DNA of 64,000 nt. Origin: a virus (lineage: Duplodnaviria > Caudoviricetes). Position numbers and translations under genes: made by a program. Position 1 is the stretch's first letter; every line of letters begins with the position of its first letter. This document shows positions 10,627 to 19,062 of the stretch, one piece after another. The notes beneath the pieces were generated by a model, which was not told the origin of the DNA, searched no databases, and worked only from the letters and a program-made list of their open reading frames with translations. The DNA is taken from positions 1,749 through 65,748 of IMG/VR virus record IMGVR_UViG_3300021519_001244; one strand, 5' to 3'.

Positions 10627-10688
10627 TGTAGTGCCCAGGTGGGGCTACATTTTATAGTCATCTTGCTTAATAAAGGAGAAAACAAATG
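10627..10688 (+). promoter_or_regulatory. ROSE-like RNA thermometer 5' UTR
   Basis: Hairpin TGTAGTGCCC-AGGT-GGGGCTACA, then TCTTGCTT-AATA-AAGGAGA pairing the SD with a bulged G, upstream of an sHsp gene. Confidence 0.65.
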
Positions 10689-11150
10689 ACACAATTCACA
10701 ATCGGAAAACTTCATACACTCGACGTACCTGCATTCGTAAACCAACTTCATCGTCAAACAATTGGCTTTGACAATATGTTTGATCAGCTACATCGCACTT
10801 TTGCCAACAGCAAAACCGACGGCAATTATCCCCCACATAACGTAGTTAAACTAGACGACACTCATTATGTTATCGAAGTTGCTGTGGCTGGATTTAGCGA
10901 AAGCGAAATTGATGTTGAATTAACTGATAATCTATTAACGGTTAAAGGCGAACAGGTAAAAAGCGAAACAGAAGTGGAATACTTACATAAAGGCATTAGT
11001 GCCCGTAATTTTGTTCGTACCTTCCCGCTGGCAGAGCACATCGAAGTTCGTGGTGCCACTGTTAAAAATGGTATACTTGGCATTGCATTGGAACAACTAG
11101 TTCCGGATGAAGAGAAGCCTAAAAAGATACAAATTACGTTTGCAAAATAA
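10686..11150 (+). CDS. small heat shock protein (Hsp20/IbpA family)
   Basis: IGFD, NYPPHNVV, AVAGF, YLHKGISARNF-R-F-L, NGIL-I-L, KPKKIQI. Confidence 0.92.
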   Translation: MTQFTIGKLHTLDVPAFVNQLHRQTIGFDNMFDQLHRTFANSKTDGNYPPHNVVKLDDTHYVIEVAVAGFSESEIDVELTDNLLTVKGEQVKSETEVEYLHKGISARNFVRTFPLAEHIEVRGATVKNGILGIALEQLVPDEEKPKKIQITFAK

Positions 11151-11168
11151 GTAATTTATGTGTATAAT

Positions 11169-11200
11169 AAAGGGGAGTTACACAACTTCCCTTTATTTTT
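11169..11200 (+). terminator. hairpin/intrinsic terminator-like element
   Basis: AAAGGGGAGTT-ACAC-AACTTCCCTTT followed by ATTTTT. Confidence 0.5.
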
Positions 11201-11203
11201 ATT

Positions 11204-11533
11204 ATGAATGATACTATGACAACAACGAAAACAACTACAGTAGTTAATCAACGGATTGAACCAAAGTTGAACATCAGTGAGCCTCCACAATATCGTGTGA
11301 TTTATATCAATGATGAAACAACAACTCAAGAATTTGTTGTAGAAACCCTTAAGGCTATTTTCAACTATGATGAAGGCGCCGCCGAAGCATTAACAGCCAA
11401 GGTCCACGAAGAAGGTAGCGCAGTAGTAGCAGTATTGCCATATGAAATGGCAGAACAAAAAGGTATTGAAGTTACCTTACTTGCACGTAATCACGGATTC
11501 CCATTACAAGTAAAAATCGAACAAGATAAATGA
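11204..11533 (+). CDS. clpS: ATP-dependent Clp protease adaptor ClpS
   Basis: PPQYRVIYINDETTTQEFVV, VHEEGSAVV, YEMAEQK, GFPLQVKIE. Confidence 0.92.
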   Translation: MNDTMTTTKTTTVVNQRIEPKLNISEPPQYRVIYINDETTTQEFVVETLKAIFNYDEGAAEALTAKVHEEGSAVVAVLPYEMAEQKGIEVTLLARNHGFPLQVKIEQDK

Positions 11534-11994
11534 TATTTAACCACGTTAGAAAACTCAAAGACGAAGGTAAGAAGATTGGCATAACATTCAGCACCTTTGA
11601 CCTATTACATGCTGGCCATATTGCCATGCTTGCGGAAGCCAAAAACCATTGCGATTACTTGATTGCAGGCTTACAAACAGACCCAACTATAGATCGCCCA
11701 GACACTAAAAACAAACCGGTGCAAAGTATCGTGGAACGCCAGATACAGCTGGCCGCTTGTCGTTATGTTGATGAAGTAGTAGTGTATCAAACAGAACAGG
11801 ACCTAATTGACTTACTGCTGATCCTGCCAATTGATGTACGTGTGCTGGGTGTTGAATACGAAGACAAAGAATATAGTGGTAAAGCGGAAGGTGTTAAGCG
11901 CAATATTACAGCAGTCTTTAACGGTCGTGATCATTCATTTTCTAGTTCGGGATTGCGTAGCCGTGTAGTAGCCGCCCAAAAACTACTAACGTAG
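11530..11994 (+). CDS. cytidylyltransferase (glycerol-3-phosphate CTP-transferase-like)
   Basis: TFDLLHAGH (HxGH), CDYLIAGL, YVDEV, FSSS. Confidence 0.85.
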   Translation: MIFNHVRKLKDEGKKIGITFSTFDLLHAGHIAMLAEAKNHCDYLIAGLQTDPTIDRPDTKNKPVQSIVERQIQLAACRYVDEVVVYQTEQDLIDLLLILPIDVRVLGVEYEDKEYSGKAEGVKRNITAVFNGRDHSFSSSGLRSRVVAAQKLLT

Positions 11995-13077
11995 TAATCC
12001 AATATCGGTCCTGTAAGTGAAGCCAGACCCCAATAAACAAGTGTAGAGTATATCGCAAGATTGCTCTACATTTTCTTTTGCAGCCATTACTGTTCCGTGA
12101 TACGGTGCATTTTTTTGACAGAGGCTATAAACAATATCGCTTGGTACATTAGATAATACACCGTTGCCCCATAAGCTAATAGCAACAGGTCGTAACGTGT
12201 TGCACGTAATCTTAGGTATTTCTTTGCCTGTGGCTGTTAGGTATAACAATTCTACAATATCATTTTCAATCGTTGGTACAATGGTTTGTATTTCCGGATC
12301 ACCAGATCTAATGTTAATTTCAAGTATGTAAGGAACCCCTTGACTAACAAGTATGCCCAGGAATATAAAGCCTATGTAAGGATCTGTCTTCTTTAAATGA
12401 TGATAGATTTTGTCGGCATATTCATGCACGATATGATCAATATCAGTAACACAATATGCACCCATACCTGGTGTATTATCTCCGTGATCACCATCTAACC
12501 TTTGCTTATAATCACGGGCCGATCCAAAGTACTGCCAGTTTTGGTCACCAAACAATGCGTGATAGGAATATTCGCGATCGGCTGGTACATATTCTTCCAC
12601 TAAAAAATTACGCTGTTCTCCAGGAAATAACTGAGCACAGGTCCATGTACTTGATTTAATGTATTCATATGCCCAGTTACAATTATCTTCGGTCACAATG
12701 ATTGTCTGTAGACCAAATCTATTATCTCTATTGAACTTAACCACAAATGGTTGTGTAAAATGATTAAATTGTTTGAGTAATTCTTCCAACTCAAATACTT
12801 GGAATTTTGGTGTGGGGATTCCGAGCTTGAGAAACATTTCTTTTGTTTGAACTCTGTCCCATTCAAGCATGGCATTATGTCGGCTGGGAATAGTGTGTGG
12901 CACAGTATAATTTAAATTTTGGAACGGCTGACGGCTGTTCAAGGAAATAATCAGATCGGCACGATCCATTTCATTAATAACTTGCACATTTGAGTCACGC
13001 TCAAGCCACTGTTTTAGGAAATGGGAGCCAGACAGTAAGGTACCAATAATACCAATTTTCATGTAAGTATATATCAT
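11986..13077 (-). CDS. PurD (GAR synthetase)-like ATP-grasp ligase, divergent
   Basis: GIPT, VVK, EEY, EYS, RDYKQRLDGD-GDNTPGMGAY, LEINIRSGDPEIQ; start may be 13062. Confidence 0.75.
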   Translation of the reverse strand: MIYTYMKIGIIGTLLSGSHFLKQWLERDSNVQVINEMDRADLIISLNSRQPFQNLNYTVPHTIPSRHNAMLEWDRVQTKEMFLKLGIPTPKFQVFELEELLKQFNHFTQPFVVKFNRDNRFGLQTIIVTEDNCNWAYEYIKSSTWTCAQLFPGEQRNFLVEEYVPADREYSYHALFGDQNWQYFGSARDYKQRLDGDHGDNTPGMGAYCVTDIDHIVHEYADKIYHHLKKTDPYIGFIFLGILVSQGVPYILEINIRSGDPEIQTIVPTIENDIVELLYLTATGKEIPKITCNTLRPVAISLWGNGVLSNVPSDIVYSLCQKNAPYHGTVMAAKENVEQSCDILYTCLLGSGFTYRTDIGLLR

Positions 13078-13082
13078 TTAAA

Positions 13083-13111
13083 TTGACCTTAATATAAAAA
13101 TGTAGTATAAT
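13083..13111 (+). promoter_or_regulatory. sigma70-type promoter
   Basis: TTGACC-17 nt-TATAAT, 6 nt before the ATG. Confidence 0.75.
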
Positions 13112-13117
13112 GTTTTT

Positions 13118-13651
13118 ATGGACATAATGCTAGATATTGAAACATTGGGAACACGCCCGGAGTGCGTTATATTGACTTTGGGTGCAGTTAAATTTAATCC
13201 TTTCGACATCGACGCTGAGCCGGGACCTGGCTTGTATATGCGTATTGATGTTGATGAACAGTTAGCATTGGGACGAGAGGTACAGGAAGATACTCTCCAA
13301 TGGTGGATGAACCAAGCCGAAGATGTGCGCGAGGAAGCCCTGGGCGAAAGTGATCGGGTCAGTCTAGATACCATGTATAAAGATCTAAATCGTTTTTTAG
13401 TCGGAGCAAAAAATATATGGTGCCAAGGCCCGGCATTTGATATGGTGATACTTGAAAACATTTATCGTCAGTGCGGTTGGCCTACTCCGTGGCAATTCTG
13501 GCAGATACGTGATAGCCGTACGTTATTTGGGGTACACGGAGATCCTAGGGTCAAAGGTAAAGTTGGATTACATAATGCCTTAGAAGATTGTGTGAGCCAA
13601 GCAAAAGGTGTGCAGCAAGTTTTTCATAAGCACAACATAGTCAAGTTATAA
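13118..13651 (+). CDS. DEDDh 3'-5' exonuclease (Rv2179c/RNase AS-like)
   Basis: LDIETLG, W-QGPAFD, RDSRTL, HNALED. Confidence 0.88.
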   Translation: MDIMLDIETLGTRPECVILTLGAVKFNPFDIDAEPGPGLYMRIDVDEQLALGREVQEDTLQWWMNQAEDVREEALGESDRVSLDTMYKDLNRFLVGAKNIWCQGPAFDMVILENIYRQCGWPTPWQFWQIRDSRTLFGVHGDPRVKGKVGLHNALEDCVSQAKGVQQVFHKHNIVKL

Positions 13652-13659
13652 ATAAAATT

Positions 13660-13968
13660 ATGCAAATTATTTGGGATCAAGAAGTAGTAGAGAAAATAAA
13701 AAATACTCATACTATATTAGAGTTAGAAACATTTGAAGTAGAAGATAAATTTATAACTGCATACTGTGTAGTACCTGCAGAAAAAATTGTCATGGAAATA
13801 ATGCAATTAGATGCAAATAAAGAATTGCACAATGGCTTTGTTAAAGCGTTCAAAGATAAAAATTATGCCTTGTGTAATGAGTTATCTGAGCACTTAATGG
13901 GGAAATTTGGTGGGGAAGTTGACACATTCTACGAAGAAATAATCAATAGGATCAACTCGGTCACATAA
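13660..13968 (+). CDS. hypothetical protein
   Basis: 102-aa ORF after TAAATA. Confidence 0.7.
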   Translation: MQIIWDQEVVEKIKNTHTILELETFEVEDKFITAYCVVPAEKIVMEIMQLDANKELHNGFVKAFKDKNYALCNELSEHLMGKFGGEVDTFYEEIINRINSVT

Positions 13969-14009
13969 CTTATTCTGGTTTTCTGTTAAATAGTAATAGG
14001 AGCCAGAGT

Positions 14010-14462
14010 ATGAAAAAAATAATAATAGCACTCTTGGGCGCCTCAGCGCCTATTGTCGTTTTTGCAACCCCAATTGGGGACTATTCATTCAAAAGCCCGT
14101 CATTCAATGGATCAGGCTACAGTAGTCACGTGCTGACAATTGAAAATCAAGAATTCACTCGCAAGGTACAACTTGCCAAGGACGCTTTGTCTGCATTGCA
14201 GGCCGAAGCAAATGCTAAGAATAACACCAATATTGCTAAGTTTATGAACAACTTAGAATCGCGTATCTATGCACAGATATCACAGAATTTGGCCACAGCG
14301 ATGTTTGCTACAGGCGGAAGTAATAGTGGTACGTTAAACTTTGAAGGAAATACAATACTTTGGAGTAAGGATAGTAGTAATGTTTATCTAACAGTAACTG
14401 ACTCGGTTGGTAATCAAACAAGTATAACGGTACCATTGGGGCAGTTCCAATTTGGAAATTAA
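14010..14462 (+). CDS. csgF: curli assembly component CsgF-like
   Basis: Signal peptide, then YSFKSPSFNG-G (CsgF FxNPxFGG-like), F...LESRIYAQ-SQ, C-terminal T-I-VP; directly upstream of csgG. Confidence 0.8.
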   Translation: MKKIIIALLGASAPIVVFATPIGDYSFKSPSFNGSGYSSHVLTIENQEFTRKVQLAKDALSALQAEANAKNNTNIAKFMNNLESRIYAQISQNLATAMFATGGSNSGTLNFEGNTILWSKDSSNVYLTVTDSVGNQTSITVPLGQFQFGN

Positions 14463-15620
14463 ATGAAAACGATATTGTGTTTACTTTTAATTTTGCTAAC
14501 AGCAGGTTGTGCAATAACCCAGAAGATGGGAGTAGAGTATAAACCACAGTTAGCTGAAGTAAAACTCCAAAAAGAGTTTGATGCTTTGCCGCCACCTGAT
14601 GGTAAAAAAGTTACTGTGGCAGTATATGTATTTGCTGACAAAACCGGACAACGTAAACCTACCACCGGTATTGCTAGTTTAAGTATGGCAGTTACCCAGG
14701 GTGCAGAAGTATTTTTAATTAAAGCATTACAAGATGTAGGCAAGGGAATGTGGTTTGATGTAGTGGAACGTGTAAACGTAGATGCATTGACTAAAGAACG
14801 GTTAATCATAAGACAAATGCGTGAAGCATATGAAGGCAAAGATGCAAAGCCCTTAATGCCATTGCAATTTGCTGGACTGATTATGGAAGGTGGTATAATT
14901 GGATATGATAGCGGAAGTGAAAGTGGTGGTGCTGCCTACAGATTTTTAGGAGTAGGACCACAAACACAATATAGCAAAGATACCGTGACTGTTAGTTTAC
15001 GGGCCATTAGCGTTAACACAGGTAAAGTATTAGCGGCAGTAACAGTAACAAAGATAGTATACAGTACAGCAGACAGTTTTGCCATGTTAAAATTTTTAAA
15101 TGCTGGCACACAAGCATTTGAAGCAGAAACAGGATTAACGATCAATGAGCCGGGAACGTTGGCTGTAAAAGCAACAGTAGAGGCGGCAGTTGTTGAACTT
15201 ATTAAAGAAGGTGAACGCAAAGGGGTATGGGATTATAAAAAAGCAGAAGTCCCGGCCACAGTTATTCCGCCAAAAGTTAATATAGTTGTACCACCCAAGG
15301 TTGAATTAATAGAGCCAGAAAAGAAAGTTGCGGTTGTAGCAACAGCAGATCCAAAAGAAATTAGTAAAAACGTTAATAACCCTGTCGCTGTAGTGCGCGG
15401 TCCGCCACCGGAGTTAATTGGTAAGACAATGTACGTTAACGTAGCAGGTGTGTTCCTTCGCAAGGACCCACTAGAAACAAGCACTAAACAATGGTGGATG
15501 GGATTAAACCAAGAAGTAGTGGTAAATGTTGTAGACAACGATTGGTTGTTTGTAAAAGCTACAGATCCAGAAAGAAAAGGCTGGGTTAGGAAAAACTTAC
15601 TGAGCGACACCAAGCAGTAG
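14463..15620 (+). CDS. csgG: curli secretion pore CsgG-like lipoprotein with extra C-terminal SH3-like domain
   Basis: Lipobox LTAGC, VAVYVFADKTGQRKP, AVTQGA, WFDVVER, LTKERLIIR, EGGIIGYD, NEPG; C-terminal FLRKDP...WLFVKA...KGWV. Confidence 0.88.
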   Translation: MKTILCLLLILLTAGCAITQKMGVEYKPQLAEVKLQKEFDALPPPDGKKVTVAVYVFADKTGQRKPTTGIASLSMAVTQGAEVFLIKALQDVGKGMWFDVVERVNVDALTKERLIIRQMREAYEGKDAKPLMPLQFAGLIMEGGIIGYDSGSESGGAAYRFLGVGPQTQYSKDTVTVSLRAISVNTGKVLAAVTVTKIVYSTADSFAMLKFLNAGTQAFEAETGLTINEPGTLAVKATVEAAVVELIKEGERKGVWDYKKAEVPATVIPPKVNIVVPPKVELIEPEKKVAVVATADPKEISKNVNNPVAVVRGPPPELIGKTMYVNVAGVFLRKDPLETSTKQWWMGLNQEVVVNVVDNDWLFVKATDPERKGWVRKNLLSDTKQ

Positions 15621-15653
15621 GTGTAAATTTTTTAACGGTGTAAATTTTTTAAC
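15620..15653 (+). repeat. 17-bp tandem direct repeat
   Basis: GGTGTAAATTTTTTAAC twice. Confidence 0.9.
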
Positions 15654-15818
15654 AGTGGCATATAATTACCATTAAACGGTACTTAAATATGTTAAATGCC
15701 GAAAGTTCTCTAGGTCGGAAGTTTAGAGGACAATAAGAGTAGTAACCAGTAGTGAATTATGTGCTACTGATCAATATGATTTTAATAAGGCCCAACTAAT
15801 AGGGCAGAGGAAGAACAA

Positions 15819-16679
15819 ATGAAACAGGGGTTAGCTAAAAAAACATTAACAACATTGCTAAGTCTTGTGATGAGTGTAGGTGTATATGCCGCAGATAACA
15901 GCATATATATCGATCAAGCAGGCGATAATTCTACAATTTCTATAACACAAGATGGAGCAGGGAACGTTGTAAGAGGAATACAGGGAGTTGGTACTAACAA
16001 CCAAACCCCAGCACGGTTATACGGCTCGGGCACAGTGGTTACTATTGACCAAATTGGTTCAGGTAATACATTAAGTCTAGGTATACAAACTACCACAGGC
16101 GGAACTACAAATTTACCAGGTGGCACCACAGCTACAGCACCAACTGTAATTTACTCAGTTGATGGTAATAATGCCACAGCAGTCATTAACAGCAATAACA
16201 GCAACACAGCAGTAACAAATGATAGCAACTATATCAATGTTAATCAAACTGGTAATACAGCAAATGCTAATATTAATGTTGAAGGAAACAATAATGCTGT
16301 AGTGGCTGTAACAGCAGGTGGCGCAGGCAATAGTATTATATCCACAGTTGTTGGTGATAATAATCTACAAAATATTGGAATGACTGGCGGTGGAGGAAAC
16401 ACAGCAACTATTAAACAAGGTAATGCCGGTGATTCAACTACTAACACCGGTGGTGTTGTTAATTTAGTAAGCGTGGGAGCGACCAACACATTTGCAGTTA
16501 CACAAACTGGTGGCGGCACAAATGGTCATAATACTAGCATCGATCTAAATGGTTCGGGCAATACTGTGGGAGTTACCCAAGTTGGTACAGCTGGCGATAA
16601 TATTGCCAATATTAAAGTAGGATCCAGTGGTGCTGGCAGTAACGGTAGCACCATTACGATAAATCAAAACAATAGATAG
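15819..16679 (+). CDS. secreted curlin-repeat (CsgA/CsgB-like) protein
   Basis: Signal peptide; repeated N-x-I-x-I-x-Q-x-G-x-x-N units (NSIYIDQAGDN, TISITQDGAGN, VTIDQIGSGN, INVNQTGNT); Gly/Asn/Thr-rich. Confidence 0.75.
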   Translation: MKQGLAKKTLTTLLSLVMSVGVYAADNSIYIDQAGDNSTISITQDGAGNVVRGIQGVGTNNQTPARLYGSGTVVTIDQIGSGNTLSLGIQTTTGGTTNLPGGTTATAPTVIYSVDGNNATAVINSNNSNTAVTNDSNYINVNQTGNTANANINVEGNNNAVVAVTAGGAGNSIISTVVGDNNLQNIGMTGGGGNTATIKQGNAGDSTTNTGGVVNLVSVGATNTFAVTQTGGGTNGHNTSIDLNGSGNTVGVTQVGTAGDNIANIKVGSSGAGSNGSTITINQNNR

Positions 16680-16681
16680 AC

Positions 16682-16855
16682 ATGATAGATATGCGCTCAC
16701 TCGAAGTTATGTACCAGCAATGGATACAGGGCAACGATGCGTATGTCCGTCGTTGGGTTGATTTTGTTGAATTAGCCGCAAGGGAATATGCAACAACTGG
16801 AGATCAAATAATGAAAGAATTACAAAAATGTACTTGGTTCAGAAAAGGAGAATAA
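16682..16855 (+). CDS. small hypothetical protein (57 aa, below ORF-track cutoff)
   Basis: MIDMRSLEVMYQQW...WFRKGE; stop overlaps the FecR ATG (TAATG). Confidence 0.6.
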   Translation: MIDMRSLEVMYQQWIQGNDAYVRRWVDFVELAAREYATTGDQIMKELQKCTWFRKGE

Positions 16856-17970
16856 TGCCATGGAAGGAAATACTATGCGTACTCTCGCTGAGTATATCGC
16901 TAACCTCCATCGCCGCGGCGGCGATAGGAACAATTACGGAACAGGTGAACACGCCGCCTTCGATACAACGATCAACGAAGACTCTGACCGGGAACAAGGG
17001 AGCGGGAGTGGAGTTGGAAGATGCGATAAAGACAACTCGGGGAAAAGTGGGAATAACCTTTGAGGATAATACGCAAGTTCAAGTAAATGAAAATTCAAAA
17101 TTAGTCATTGACGACTTTGTGTATGATGCAAAAGCCAAAACCGGCAAACTGGCACTGAACATGGCAATGGGTACCGTACGTTATGCGTCGGGACAAATCG
17201 CAAAAAACAACAACCAAAATGTAAACATTCATACGCCAACTGCTACTATCGCTGTACGGGGTACTGACTTTAGTGCAACTGTTGATGAACTTGGCGCAAG
17301 CACTATTATTTTATTACCAAGTTGTCCTCCGTTGTACAAGGATGTATCAAAAGATTGTTACACCGGTGTAATTGAAGTTGTAACCGACGCAGGCAAAGTA
17401 ATACTTGACCAGGCCTTTCAAGCAACAAAAGTAGAAAGTCGCGGGTTAATGCCACTGAAGCCTGTTACATTAAATTTAAGCGAAGACGCAATTGGTAATA
17501 TGTTAATTATTTCACCACCACGACAACTAAGCAGAGATAATGATGCTTCCAAAGTCAAACTTGACGCTAAAGGTGCATTGGATGTTGACTTTCTTAAAGA
17601 GACTGGATTGGTTAATGCGTTGGATGCACAGAAAGAAGAAATTTTTAAAGATAAACTAAGTCAAAACTTACTTGATCAAAATTTCCTTGCTAACATATTA
17701 GATATTATTAATATGCAACTAGCGGCACAACTTGATATGTTAAACAATACTAAAAGCGGACTGTTACCAGACTATGTGGCTACATCCGGTGTTGTTGCTG
17801 AAATAGATGATATGAATGTGACCTTATCTCGCAATGACGGTTCTAATATGCAAAGCGTCACAGTTCCAAAGAATCAAAATTCTACTATATATCAGACACA
17901 GGGTGCAGTTGATATTAAAAACCGTGTTAACAGTGGGAGCGGCACAATTATAACGCTGATACAACGATGA
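16855..17970 (+). CDS. FecR-domain periplasmic protein
   Basis: Signal peptide; ITFEDNTQVQVNENSKLVIDDFVYD, GTVRYASG, TPTATIAVRGTDF; AGGAG SD supports a start at 16855. Confidence 0.85.
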   Translation: MPWKEILCVLSLSISLTSIAAAAIGTITEQVNTPPSIQRSTKTLTGNKGAGVELEDAIKTTRGKVGITFEDNTQVQVNENSKLVIDDFVYDAKAKTGKLALNMAMGTVRYASGQIAKNNNQNVNIHTPTATIAVRGTDFSATVDELGASTIILLPSCPPLYKDVSKDCYTGVIEVVTDAGKVILDQAFQATKVESRGLMPLKPVTLNLSEDAIGNMLIISPPRQLSRDNDASKVKLDAKGALDVDFLKETGLVNALDAQKEEIFKDKLSQNLLDQNFLANILDIINMQLAAQLDMLNNTKSGLLPDYVATSGVVAEIDDMNVTLSRNDGSNMQSVTVPKNQNSTIYQTQGAVDIKNRVNSGSGTIITLIQR

Positions 17971-18557
17971 AATTAGCCTTGATATTTTTTCTCGTAGCAA
18001 TAGCAGGCCTACAATGCAATAAAGTACAGGCTGGCGACAATACCATTAACATTGAGCAAGTTGGCAACAATAATACTATAACTATCAGTCAAGATGGCTC
18101 GGGGCACACAGCCACCGTGGAACTTGGAAAAACTACTGCTGGCAGCGGTAATAACATCGCAATAGATCAAAAAGATTCAGGACCAAAAGTAGCCACAGTT
18201 ATTATACCAACGGGTATAAACAATGGAGTATCAATACTTCAGCAAGGTGCCGGCAATCATACTGCTAACATACAAAACTTAAATGGCTCTGGTAATAATA
18301 TAAGCATAGATCAAAATGGTGCAGGCAATCATCAATTTATATTAGTTGGCACTAACGGATCAACAAATAACGGTAATACAGTTGGCGCTGTACAGTCGGG
18401 CGGCTTTGGGGCAGATAAATCGTTTCAATTAGATTTAAATGGAGCAACCGGAGCAACAGTTGGAATACAACAAACAAACCCAACACAAGCTAATCAAGGA
18501 ACAATGACCATACAATGTAATCCGTGCAACGGTAATTATAGTTACACTAGATTTTAG
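17967..18557 (+). CDS. second secreted curlin-repeat protein
   Basis: Signal peptide; NTINIEQVGNNN, TITISQDGSGH, NNIAIDQ, VSILQQGAGNH, NNISIDQNGAGNH. Confidence 0.75.
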   Translation: MKLALIFFLVAIAGLQCNKVQAGDNTINIEQVGNNNTITISQDGSGHTATVELGKTTAGSGNNIAIDQKDSGPKVATVIIPTGINNGVSILQQGAGNHTANIQNLNGSGNNISIDQNGAGNHQFILVGTNGSTNNGNTVGAVQSGGFGADKSFQLDLNGATGATVGIQQTNPTQANQGTMTIQCNPCNGNYSYTRF

Positions 18558-18607
18558 AAGTACGTAGTAAGCTCAATTAGATCGGCTAAGCCGTCGGGAG
18601 ACAATCG

Positions 18608-18799
18608 ATGATATCATTTAAAGCAAGTCTATTCAACACGGCCATGGACATAGACGAAATTGGTTTTTATACACAAGAAATTGGCGGCTACTTTGAAGTA
18701 CAGCGAGGTATCAGGGTAGAATATTTTATTCCGCAAGAATACAGAGATTTTATGATTTTAAAATATCCTTTCTTAGAAGAAGTACCTTATGTCTATTGA
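18608..18799 (+). CDS. hypothetical protein
   Basis: GGGAG SD; 63 aa. Confidence 0.55.
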   Translation: MISFKASLFNTAMDIDEIGFYTQEIGGYFEVQRGIRVEYFIPQEYRDFMILKYPFLEEVPYVY

Positions 18800-18965
18800 T
18801 ATAACAGAACTTAAGGCTCCGCCGGCCTGCCAAGTTCGTAGTTGTCAACATGGCGCCCAAATAATGGCCAAGTTTGGTCCCAATGTTACATATTTTAAAA
18901 CATGTCGACGACATACATACCAAGATCTAATACCACATAAGTTACAGAGCAACAATAATAAATAG
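18789..18965 (+). CDS. small Cys/His protein (58 aa)
   Basis: MSIDITELKAPPACQVRSC...TCRRH, possible Zn-binding; overlaps upstream stop. Confidence 0.45.
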   Translation: MSIDITELKAPPACQVRSCQHGAQIMAKFGPNVTYFKTCRRHTYQDLIPHKLQSNNNK

Positions 18966-19062
18966 GTATGTAAGTTTGATATTTACTGTTGCCTGTACAG
19001 GTTCTATAAAGCAGCACCGTGTTTTTTCGAGATCAAGAGAATAAAAATAAAGGATCTCGACA

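Noticed and set aside
15672-15686. TTAA-N7-TTAA (CtrA-box-like)
   Set aside because: Single AT-rich match, likely by chance, and host clues lean betaproteobacterial
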